Translations under genes and position numbers: made by a program | Part shown: positions 1-10,580 of the stretch, piece by piece | Layout: the number at the start of each line of letters is the position of its first letter | How positions within the stretch are numbered: the stretch's first letter is position 1 | DNA from: Callorhinchus milii | Taxonomy: Eukaryota | Direction of reading: 5' to 3' | NCBI RefSeq assembly: GCF_018977255.1 | Contig: NW_024704747.1 | Coordinates: forward strand, 10,106,001-10,170,000 | Length of the DNA stretch: 64,000 bases | Notes under the pieces: model-generated | What the model saw: the letters and a program-made list of their open reading frames with translations, nothing else | What the model was told of the DNA's origin: nothing | Databases searched by the model: none

Positions 1-692
1 ACAATTAAAATTCAGAATAAGTTGTTGGATATTAGAAATAATTGTTTTAATCAATTGGCTAACAGCTAAAGTGTGCTATTAGTTTTTTGAAACTAAATAT
101 ATAGATTTAATTTTTCATAATTCCTAAAATCATCCTGTATCTAAATTTACAACCTGCAATATAATTTCACTGATACATTGCAACAGATAACAATTAGCTA
201 TTATTGGAAAAGATCAGTATCCTGTTCTTTTCCATTTGCTCCATGTGAAAGAATCCGAGCCAGTTCTGCCAATCAGTTTCTCATTTTTTTTAAATGTCTT
301 AAGGACCTGGTAGTCACAGTAACGGGAACATGTTAAACTGGTATCTGCCAAACACTCCAAGGGGGTCTTAATAGGATTGAACTAAAGGATCAAGTGGCTA
401 GTTTCCTGTTTTTAGTTAATAATCTATAAACTAATGATTCATATACATTAAATACATATATGCATACAGTATTTCTGATTTCAGATGTTGGTAATTATGT
501 ATAGAAAGAAATACTTAAATATTGAAAGAATATATAGAAGGAAATAAAAGGGAAAGGGAAATAAAAAGTTTAAATAGTGTCCACATACTTCACAGTTACT
601 GATTCCTTTCAGGGACGCTCATTTTCTACATCAAAGTGAAGACTTTGCTTATTAAGAACAATACAGCATGTCACATTGAAAGCTCTGCGCAC

Positions 693-780
693 CTTGCTGA
701 TTTGGTCCATTGGTTGTTTGCTCCACAGCCCTCAGCAAGAGAATAATCCCAGGATTATTAATTCAGCAGATGTCACAAAC
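693..780 (-). other. Candidate spliced exon (5'UTR plus possible start codon, M-D-Q-I-S-K) of an unidentified host gene
   Basis: Minus strand reads ttttcattttgttgaaagctttgttttccacttaAG|GTTTGTGAC...ATGGACCAAATCAGCAAG|GTgcgc. It has a pyrimidine-rich acceptor, an 88-nt exon and an AAG|GT donor. All three frames entering the exon hit stops before the ATG. Confidence 0.35.
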
Positions 781-1367
781 CTTAAGTGGAAAACAAAGCT
801 TTCAACAAAATGAAAAGCACAAACTGTCACCAGGAAGAGAACAGCTCTGCTTGGACAAAGTTTGGTCATAGTTTACATTTGAATTTGTAAAGTAATTTAA
901 ATGATTAGCATATCCATTTTAAAGAGACATAAGGCTGAAGTAAGCCCTCAAATAGAATGGCATAAAATAAACTAACACAATACAATAACAATAGCTTAGT
1001 AGAAAACACAAGGTGGAAATGCTCATTTTTGTTCAGCGTTTATCCTCAATATTCTTTTTAAGTACCTCATTAAAATTTTCATGTACATTTATTGAATATA
1101 CAGATAAAAAGGCAAACTGTTTTCTGGAACAAACCCATTTCAACACTTTTATATGCAATATATTTTAACACAAATTTAATTTGATATCCTATGTTTCTTA
1201 TGACAGCTATTATTAACAGCTACATTATGTTAGACATCATAAAATTCTCTCTTTTTGAAGAATGCAAACCGTATTTTGGTAGATTTCCAGTAAATGAAAA
1301 ATGCCCTAAAACCAACCAAATAAAAGGAGACATTCCTGGAAGAGAAGTGGCAGTGAATTAAACAATA

Positions 1368-1960
1368 AACAAAACGCAAAGTACTGCAGATGCTGGAAAT
1401 CTGGTATAAACACAGGAAACGCCTGGAACACGTAGCAGGTCAAGCAGCATCCATGGAGAGGAAAAATGAATTAACGTTTCAGATCTATGAGAAATGTTGG
1501 AAGGGAGCAGATTATAAGGACAAGCAGAGAAGTGAGTGGGGAAAGAAAGACAAAGGAAACATTTTTAGATGGAGGACAGAAAATAAGATTAGAGGTGTTG
1601 ATGGTGCAAGACAAAAGAAAATGGGGATTATAGAATGAACAGATATTTCTAAGGAGACAGATAAGTAAAGAAGGTGAACAGAACAGAAGCGAAAAGCGAA
1701 AGTTACATCGAAGAGAAAAGCAGAACTTCTTCAAGCAAGGCATCTTAGACGCATCTGTTCTCATCATCTTCTGTCCTCCATCTAAAAATATTTCCTTTTT
1801 CTTTCCTCGCCCCCTTCTCTGCTTGTCCTTATAATCTGCTCCCTTCCAACATCCCCCAGTTCTAACAAAAGGTCATAGACCTGAAACATTAACTAATTCT
1901 CCTCTCTCCTTGGATGCTGCCTAACCATCTGTGTGTTTCCAGTGACTTCTGTGCTTATAT
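1368..1960. mobile_element. Penelope-like element relic with inverted terminal (pLTR-type) repeats
   Basis: Starts with tactgcagatgctggaaatctg...gcaggtcaagcagcatccatggagagg...ttaacgtttcag, typical of fish/shark Penelope ends. Arms ~1400-1585 and ~1766-1960 are reverse complements, including an exact ~39-bp match (1494-1531 vs 1814-1852). Confidence 0.7.
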
Positions 1961-2660
1961 CAAAGAAATGGAGTACAATAATGAACATAGTAATTAATAG
2001 ATCTATGAGAAGTATTTTTTATGACAATCATTCCATTCACATTCAAGGGATTATCTCGATGGAAAAATTTCTGTCTGCAAGTCAGAAATTCAATCTTCTC
2101 AACACTGACAATTTGTGACTTTGGTTTCACCATGTGATTGATGTTGATCAGAGAACAACCAGTTTGGTGCTATCCTATCAAGGATTATAGTTAAGCATAC
2201 AAAACTGTGCTTTTTAAATGCAATTTTGATGTTACTTACTTCAGTTTGCAAGCAGCACTTTTAAAATTATTCAGTAGTTCCTTTATGGTGCAGATCAATC
2301 TAAGTTTATATTTTCCAACAGTATCCTTTGATTGTACTGTTTTGTGTACAGTGTTCACAATGGCATCATTGAGATTCCATCTCTATGGTAACAACTACCA
2401 CCCAAACCCCTTCTCTGCTTCTCTTCCTCTTACCCCCTCTGAGAAAACAGGATCTTTAAACAAAACAGCTTGATAACATTTTCAATCACACAGTCACATT
2501 CATTGATAGAGTCTAAAGATTTCATTGATTGACCAATTTTACAAATGTGGTTGAAAATAAGCCTAAGAGATTGGAAGAAAATAAGGGACAGTGGCTTAGG
2601 ACAACACAAAATGCTATGTAAAGTGTTAATGGAGCTGAGCAAATTGAAACTGGAAATAGT

Positions 2661-3445
2661 AACAATAACTTACATTTATATAGCACCCTTCACATGGGGT
2701 AGCATCCCGGAGTGCTTAACAGTGGCGAGTCTGACCCCAAGCCAGGGGGAGAGGGAAGTGGGAAATGACCATAAGCACAATCAAAAAGAAGGTCTTTAGG
2801 CGGGATTTGAAAATGGGGCGGGAGGGGGCAAGGCGAAGGGATTGAGGGTAAGAGTTCCAGAGCTTTGGGGGGTAGTGGCTGAAAGCACAGCCGCCGATGG
2901 TGGAGCGAAGGGGGCGAGGGACAAATAGGAGACCGGAACCGGCCAAGTGGAGGCAGCGGATGGTGGAGTGGGGGGTGAGCAAATCGGATAGGTAGGCAGG
3001 TGCGAGGGCATGAAGGGATTTGAAAACAAGTGAGAGGATATTGAAATCAATTCTTTCAGTAATTGGGAGCCAGTGCAGCCTGGCAAGGACGGGTGGGATT
3101 GGGGTATGGAGTTTTATGCAGGTTAGTATCCGGGTGGCGGAGTTAATTAATTGAATTTTGTTTATGGTGGAACTGAGGAGACCAGCAAGGAGGCCATTGG
3201 AATAGTCCAGCCGGGAAGTGATGAAGCTGTGAACGAGGCTTTCAGCTGCACTGGTTGTGAGGTACAGATGGAGATGGACAATGCGGCAGAGGTGGAAACA
3301 AGCAGTCGTGGTCAGGGGGGGAGCAAGGGGAGCAAGAAAAGCTGTGGAGCGAACCTGTTGGTGCTCCACAACTTTCCTTGCGCACGGGTTTGGTGAATAT
3401 GAGGGAGAGCCCGGGGAGATTGAGGAGTTCAGACCCTTTCACAGG
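2661..3445 (-). mobile_element. L2 LINE 3' fragment (ORF2 C-terminus plus tail)
   Basis: ORF 2716-3369 has the L2 motifs LVHSFITSRLDYSNGLL, PVLARLHWLPI, APAYLSDLL, AFSHYPPKLWNS and FKSRLKT. The tail ...gtgctatataaatgtaagttattgtt lies at ~2661-2720. Confidence 0.9.
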
Positions 3446-3548
3446 AGGAGGAGTTCGTAACATTTTCACAGGAAGTGAAATCACACAATTATATCACATG
3501 AGATATCACAAATGCTTGACAATATTATATCATTACATATGCATATTT

Positions 3549-3902
3549 GGAGTCCCGTATCATAGTAGTTAGTGTGTTCGGCTCGCAAGCAAGAAGACCT
3601 GGGTTCGATTCCTGGATTGGGCAAAACCTTAGGCAAGTTTCCTTACCCCACACATTTCTGTTTGCCTAGCAATAAGTAGGAGCCCAGTTGTTAGTTGATT
3701 GGCTGATTGCATTCTGGAGGCAATAATTCCTCAAAAAAAATTGGTCACTGACTGTTTGTGGGACACTGCTGTGTGCAATTGGCTGCCATGTTTCACCCAC
3801 AAAGTATAGTCAATCCACTTAACATTATGCTCTGTGAAAGCGATTTGAGAAATCTCAACAATGTAATAAGGCGGTATGTCAAATGCAAAGATTATTATTA
3901 AT
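3549..3902 (+). mobile_element. tRNA-headed SINE, long subfamily (diverged)
   Basis: ggagtcccgta...gggttcgattcc (B box), ggcaagtttccttac core, ctgtttgtgggacactgctgtg body and an (att)n tail. Confidence 0.85.
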
Positions 3903-3974
3903 ATTATACAGTGAAAGGGGCTAGTCAGAGGTAATGCTGTCCTTTACTTGCTAACATCTTTTCTTGCTAATAGG

Positions 3975-4365
3975 TGTCAGCCTGGCTCAATTGGTAGATT
4001 GCTCACCTTTGAGTCACTTGTGGGTTCAAGCCCCATGTCAAGACCTTAAATAATAATAACCCTTGCATTTGATATAGCACCTGTCAAGTCATTGAGACAT
4101 CTCAAAGTGCTTCACAGGATATACCTTGAAATGGATTGTGCATTTTTGTGGGTGCAGTGCGGCAGCCAATTGTACACAGCAAGGTCCCACAAACAGTGAG
4201 TAACCAATTTTATTTGGGGGATTGTTGGCCAGGACCCAGGGAGAAACTCCCTTCTCTTTTTGAATAGTATTATGAATTCACGGACTAGGTTGATATTTCA
4301 ATGCAGTGGTGGGGGTGTGCTGTATTGATGGAGGTGCCATCCTTCAGATGAAATATTAAACCATT
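3975..4365. mobile_element. Deu-domain SINE (SacSINE1/AmnSINE-like), interrupted by an inverted 3' half
   Basis: Head tgtcagcctggctcaattggtag...gggttcaagcccc is on + (3975-4047). A Deu 3' half with tail is on - (4050-4280). The middle segment gcagtggtgggggtgtgctgtattgatggaggtgccatccttcagatgaaatattaaacc is on + (4281-4365). Confidence 0.7.
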
Positions 4366-5384
4366 AGCCCTTGCTGACGTATTTGCCTTGATTTCAGCTG
4401 GTGGCACAGGAAGCTACAATTTTAGCTGCTTCCTGCTAGTTCCTGGTTAATTGGTGGGGGGGGGGGGGAGATGGGGGGGGGGAGACAGGACACAGCTATG
4501 ATGGAATAATAAGAGTACCGGGAGAAATATGCGTTTTGTCCCATTAATAGCTCTTTGCAGCTCGTTCCCCTGGAAACGACAAGTTCTACCTGACAGAGCT
4601 GGTAATGAGCAGTCAGTTGGGAGAATTCAGGTCTCTGGTAGGTTGTGGAGAATGATGAGAAAACCTCAGAAACAATGGGAAATAAGAGGTCAGGGTTGCA
4701 TAATCAAGTGAGAACTAGTGAGTCGGCCCTGATGGGGGTGTTGTGGTAGCTGTTCACCTGGGAAGTGCAAATAATCTTCACCCAGACAGTCCATCTGTTC
4801 TGGGCGCTGTTCTGGGTTTGTTGCTTCACTAAACCACACCAGGATCCCCACTGCAATCTTCACCCCATTTCCCTGGGCACAAGATCAGCAAAGGTGGTGA
4901 AGGAGACACGACCAATCCTCTCTTCTCTGGGGCAACCGTAACAGCTGCCAGCGGTTCTTTTCATTATGGTAAAATAACAGTAAGTAACTGAAGTCAATCC
5001 ACCTATTTCCCAGTCACGTCCTTTCACTTCAGTCAATTTCAGGAGGACAAAGGAAATCTTCCCACCTCTCTCCTCTTTCACTAGTTGTAGAAATCAAAAG
5101 AGAAACTGTGACCCACATCTACACCAGCAGGAGGAAACAGCAGCAGCAGCAACAGCAGGAGGCTCCAGTATGTGCTCTCCTCACAACGGTGGATGAATGT
5201 AATGTTATCTAAATTGGAACAAGAATAAGTTAACACGTGTACATACTGAAGGGGGCTTCATTATCAGAGAAGGAAATGACCAGTGTGTGATTATTGATCA
5301 TTCATTGAACATTATGAAGCTGATGTTAACAAAGCTGAGCAACTACTACCCTGCATCTTGAGGGCTCTGTTGAAAGATCACTCC

Positions 5385-5480
5385 GAAGACCAGTTTTGAG
5401 CACCTTATTGTCAAAAGGGCATTGCAAAGATTACGCAGAACAGCAACAAGGATAATCCTGGGATGTGGAACACATTAGAA
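5385..5480 (+). mobile_element. Old CR1 RT C-terminal fragment
   Basis: cagttttgagcaccttat...gcaacaaggataatcctggg resembles QFWAP...QRRATRIIPG. Confidence 0.4.
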
Positions 5481-5527
5481 AAGTTAAACTTGTTTTTAAC
5501 GGCAAACTTTTTCCCAAGTGATGAGAG

Positions 5528-8510
5528 GAATCATAGAATTGTGGAATCATACAGCACAGAAAGAGGCCATTCGGCCCATTGTGTCTGCGCCAGCTCCTAA
5601 AAGAGCAATCCAACTTAATCCCACTGGCCCGCTTTCTCTCCATAGCCCTGCAATCCTGTCCTCCCCAAATACCCATCTACTTCTCTCTTAAAAGTTGTTA
5701 ACGAATTGGCTTCCATTACCCTTTCAGGTAATGCATTCCAGATCCGAACAACTCGGTGGGTAAAAAAAATTTTCCTAACCACCCCTCTGTTTCTTTTAAC
5801 AACTAACTTAAATCGGTGTCCTCGGGTTATTGACCCACATGCCAGTGGAAACAGTTTTTCCCAGTTCAACCTATCAAATCCTCTCATGATCTTGAAAACC
5901 TCTATTAAATCCCCTCTTAATCTTCTCTGCTCTAGAGAGAATAATCCTAATTTTGCTAACCTCTCGTCATAACTAAGGTCCTTGATTCCTGGTACCATCC
6001 TGGTAAACCTCCTTTGCACTCTTTCCAATGCACAAACATCTTTCCTAAAATGTGGTGCCCAGAACTGAATGCAGTACTCCAACTGAGGCCTAACCAGCAT
6101 TTTATAAATATTCAACATAACCTTCTGACTTTTGATTCTATGCCCCTATTTATAAAACCTAGTATCACGTATACGTTTTTAACAGCTTTATCTACCTGTC
6201 CTGCCACCTTCAGAGGTTTGCTTATGTGGACCCCCAAGTCTCTCTGTTCATTTGCCCCCTTTGCTCAGTGGTTAGAGCACTCGCCTTGCAAGCAAGACAC
6301 CTGGGTTCAATTCCAGGCAGGACGAAACCATGGGCAAGTCTCCTTTCTCCACCACCTAACAATAATAATCCTTCCAAAAAACAAAACAATAATAAATTGG
6401 TCATTTTCAATCCACGATTGATTGTGGGACACTGCTGTGCACAATTGGCTGCCATGTTTCATCCACAAATATACAGTCAATTCACTTTACAGCATAATTT
6501 GTGAAGCACTTTGAGACATCTAGAAGATGTGAAAACCGCTAAATCAAATGCAAGGATTATTATTATTATTAAGTTTGTACCATCTAGCTTATAATGCCTC
6601 TCCTCATTCTTCCTACCAAAATGCAACACTTCGCATTTCTCCACATTAAGTCTAATCTGCCACGTTTCTGCCCATTTTACCAATCTGTCTAAGTCATCTT
6701 CGAGTCTGGTGCTATCTTTCTCACCATTAACTCCTTTTCCTAGCTTAGTATCGTCTGCAAATTTGGAAATTGTGCTCCATATATCCAGGCCCAGATGATT
6801 AATATAGATCAGAAAGAGCAGTGGTCCCAATACCGACCCCTGAGGGATACCACAACACACCTCCCTCCAGTCAGAAAAGTAATCGTTTACTACCACTCGC
6901 TGCTTTCTGTCTCCTAGACAATTCTGGATCCATGTTGCCACAGTCCCTTTAATACCGTGGGCTTCTATTTTGTTTATAAGTCTCTTATGTGGCACTTTGT
7001 CAAATGCCTTTTGAAAATCTAGATAAACTACATCTACTGCACTACCTTCATCCACTCTCAAGTCACTTCATCAAAAAATTCTATTAGGTTTGTCAGACAT
7101 GATCTGCCTTTAACAAATCCGTGTTGACTGTCCTTTATTAAATCATATTTTTCTAAGTGAGAATTTATAGTGTCCCAGATTATAGTCTCCAGAAATTTCC
7201 CTACTACTGATGATGGGCTGATTGGCCTGTAGTTCTCAGGTTTATCCTTCTGCCCCTTTTTGTGCAGGGGAGTAACATTTGCAAACTTCCAGTCCTCTGC
7301 CACCACTCCAGTGTCCCAAGAGGATTGAAAGATTGTGGCCAGAGCCACCGCTATTTCCACCCTTGCTTCCCTTAGTAACCCAGGATGCATCCCGTCCGGA
7401 CCAGGTGACTTCTCTATGTTCAGCACCGATAGCCTTTTTAGTACCTCCTCTCTGTTGAGTTTTATCATATCTAATTTCTGTTCACACACCTGCGATATTG
7501 TGGGATTGGTTTCATCGTCTTCTTTTGTGAAGACAGTTGCAAAGTACTTATTTAGTGTATCAGCCATACCCTCTGCCTCAACAAGAAGATTTCCACTTGG
7601 GTCCATAATTGGACCCACCCTACGTTTGACTAACCTTTTACTCTTGATATGTTTATAAAATATCTTAGGGTTCCCTTTAATGTTTCCTGCTAATCTTTTC
7701 TCATACAATCTCTCCACCCTTCTTATTTTCCTTTTCACTTCTCCTCTGTACCTCTTATATTCTATTTGATTATCCTGTGTGTTTTGGACCTGACATTTGT
7801 CATAAGCCTCCTTTTTCTGTTTTATTTTAATCCCAATTTACTTAGTCATCTAGGGAGGTTTGACTGTCCTACCTTTCCCCTTTGTGGGAATTTTGTGCTC
7901 TGTCCCTGAACTATCTCCCCCTTGAAGGCTGTTCGTTTGCTGTCTTACCTGCCAATCTTTCTTTCCAATCTATCTTGGCCAGGTCCCTTTTTAGCTCACT
8001 GAAATTAGCCCGCTTACAATTGAGGGTCTTTACCTTTGATTGATTTTTGCCCTTTACCATAACTATTCTAAACCTAATGATATTGTGATCACTGTTATCC
8101 GGATGCTCTCCTACTGAAACCTGCTCCACTTGCCCCACTTCATTTCCCAGAACTAAATCCAGCACTGCTTCCTTCCTCGTTGGGCTGGAAACATGCTGTT
8201 CCAGAAAGTTCTCCTTCACACATTTCAGGAATTCCTCCCCTTCCTTGCTCTTTACACTGTGTGTTTCCCAGTCTATATTAGGATAATTGAAGTTCCCTAT
8301 TATCACTACTCTATTGGTTTTGCATCACTCCAAAATCAGCTTGCAGACTTGCTCATTTATCTCCTTCCCACTTTTTGGAGGTTTATAGTAAATACCTAGC
8401 AGAGTAACAGCTCCTTTTCTTTCCGTAACTCTAACCAATTAGATTCAGTTTTTGGACCCTCTAACACATCGTTCTTTTCCAGGACTGCGTGTCCTTAAAG
8501 AGTATTGCCA
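5528..8510 (-). mobile_element. CR1-clade LINE, 5'-truncated, frameshifted ORF2 (endonuclease end plus RT)
   Basis: Successive ORFs carry IIGNFNYPNIDW/LDLVL/SDHNII (EN), KSPGPDGMHP/NYRPIS/SQHGF/SCLTNL, YLDFQKAFDKVPH/GIPQGSVLGP/FADDTKL, and VRPQLEYC/LEQRRLRGDLI/TRGH/WNALP. The CR1 (attctatg)-type 3' tail is at ~5528-5550. Confidence 0.95.
6258..6570 (+). mobile_element. tRNA-headed SINE, short subfamily, nested in CR1
   Basis: gctcagtggttagagcactcgccttgcaagc head through (att)n tail. It interrupts the CR1 RT between two ORF pieces. Confidence 0.92.
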
Positions 8511-8519
8511 TATTTGAGA

Positions 8520-10200
8520 TAGATCATTTTTACATCACATACCATATATTACTCTCCCTACATGGACATAGATCATTCTCTAGGGAAATAAAATGCAGCC
8601 GAATACATATGACACTCATACCCAGACTATATTAGGATCTGCTTCAAAACTGTCAAGGAGGTCATCAGCTTTATCACATATTGTGTGACTCCCATTCCTA
8701 GTGTCCAAACGACCAAGATAACCAAGCTGTCACTCACATGAAGCACTATAGAATATAAAAGAAAGACATATCTGTAATTGATGAGTGAACTAATCTTAAA
8801 GAAGCTGGAATCATTGTTTGTGGAAAGATATGGTGGTATCAAAATATTTGGGAACACTATGTTGTAGCTATGTGAAAAGGTATGGTTTTCTGACACTGAC
8901 ATGAAATCTAAGGAAGCAATGTAGTCTTGCATGGTTTACCAGGCAACATAAGCAGAAAACGAGCAAAGATTTCCCATATACTCAAAGGATTATATGTTGA
9001 GTTACTTCGGAGTCCTGTAGCTCAGTGGTTAGAGCACTCGCTTTGCAAGTGAGAGACCTGAGTTCATTTCCAGGCAGAGGGCGAAACCTTGGGCAAGTTT
9101 CCTTACTCCACACAGAGCCTAATAATAATCCCTCCAAAACCAAAAACAATAATAAATTGGTCATTTTCAATCTACGACTGTTTGTGGGACATTGCTGTGT
9201 GCAATTGGCTGCCGCGTTTGCCCACAAATATACAGTCAATTCACTTTACAGTGTGTTCTGTGAAGCGCTTTGGGACGTCCTCCCGACGTGAAAAGCGCTA
9301 TATCAAATGCAAGGATTATTATTATTATTATTATTACTTGCAATGTCTGAACTTCCAGAAATTCTGTGTCAGAGAGCAAATTTGTTTACTACAGCACCTT
9401 TTTATCTGGTGATTGACTATCTGCTCATGATCACAAGCACAATTCATGTTGAATGTTGAAACTGAAGTTGACATCTCGTGCCCCAATACCATGGAGTTCA
9501 AAGGGTTCTGGAAACTATAAAAGACCGATTGTGGTCCACCATTTGGCAAGGCAGAAGTCCAACAATTCTCAAAATATTTTGCATTTCAAGGAGAACACAA
9601 TACGACTAACGCCCTATAGAGAAACTGAAGATTCATGAAAAAACTAAAAAAAAAAAGGCAATCTGTACAGCCCATGTTGAAGTTGTGGAAGCCAGAATTG
9701 TGGAAATTTATGAAAAACTACCATGCCACTCCACACACCAGTTTAGGAGAAACACTAGCTCCAGTCTTACTCAACTGGAAAATAAGGTTCATTTTAACAA
9801 ATTCGAGCAAAGAAAAGTACAATGATGCGAGCCAGAAGAAAGACAGTCAAACAATAAGATGAAGGAATGTTCTGATAAGGGAAGACATGGTCAAAGGTCA
9901 GAGATCAAGGAAAGAGATGAGGAAATACCATGAGCAAGGAAAACTGTCTCCATTCATGCTGAAACATTTTTTGAGACAGACGAGAAGGGTTCAGTTTTGA
10001 TTGCAGAAAGAGATGGTCACATCTAGCCACTAAGATTGCATCTCATTTCAAGAAAGTTAAGACCCATATAATTTGACGTAAATGATTTTGAAGTTGAAGG
10101 AAGGGAAATGAGTGAGATTAAGATTTAATACCAATTCATGAGCATCCAACAAGGAAAGAAGATTTCTTTCATGAACATTTACATGTTGAACTGAAGGATT
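8520..10200 (+). mobile_element. Decayed Ty3/Gypsy LTR-retrotransposon pol (RNase H end, integrase zinc-finger, core and C-terminus)
   Basis: Manual translation across stops and frameshifts gives GK*NAAEYI*H (~8583), AGIIVCGK, CEKVWFSDTD...SCMVYQAT (~8870-8948), MSELP...SGD-YLLMI, ETIK-TDCGPPF (~9512-9544), FMKKLKK...WKPELWKFMKNYHATPHTSLGETLA (ORF 9635) and KGSVLIAERDGH..TKIASHFKKV (~9985-10058). The order is collinear with Gypsy integrase. Confidence 0.8.
9009..9336 (+). mobile_element. tRNA-headed SINE, short subfamily, young, nested in the Gypsy relic
   Basis: Full head ggagtcctgtagctcagtggttagagc. Near-identical to the copies at 50020 and 63591. Ends in (att)n. Confidence 0.95.
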
Positions 10201-10399
10201 AAGAAATGATATTGCTTGGCACATAACATTGTGTCTGACCTATAATTCTCAAGTTATGCATGTCAGAACAGGCTTCATATACTGTATTTTTATTAGTATT
10301 ATTATGATGGATCTCAGTAATCTCAGTCATGCTCTTAATTTCAGAAAAAAAATGTTAGACAGGCATAAGTTGCTATCCTTTGGCTGAAATACTAAAGCA

Positions 10400-10580
10400 A
10401 GTTCCCATCTGCTTCTTCAGATGTATGTTAAAGATCCCATGTCCTGGACAACAATCCCCCAAGTAAAATTGGTTATTCACTTCATGGCTGTTTGTGAAAT
10501 GTTGCTGTACACAAATTGGTTCCTGTCTACAAAATAGTCACTACACATCAGATTAAATCTTCTGAAGTATTTTGAGACAT
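10400..10580 (+). mobile_element. Deu-SINE 3' fragment (old)
   Basis: gttaaagatcccat...ggctgtttgtgaaatgttgctgtacacaaattgg. Confidence 0.55.

Noticed and set aside
7418-7436. RE1/REST-like ttcagcacc
   Set aside because: Half-site only, inside CR1 coding sequence.
5615-8306. Four RT/endonuclease ORFs as a functional gene
   Set aside because: They are frameshifted pieces of one 5'-truncated CR1, interrupted by a SINE.
9009-9082. tRNA-Ala genes (here and at the other SINE heads)
   Set aside because: Each continues into the SINE body and (att)n tail, with no terminator after the cloverleaf. They are SINE heads.
9025-9412. Recurrent ORFs such as VVRALALQ.../MTVYLWAN... appearing several times
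   Set aside because: These are chance frames through SINE copies, not a protein family.
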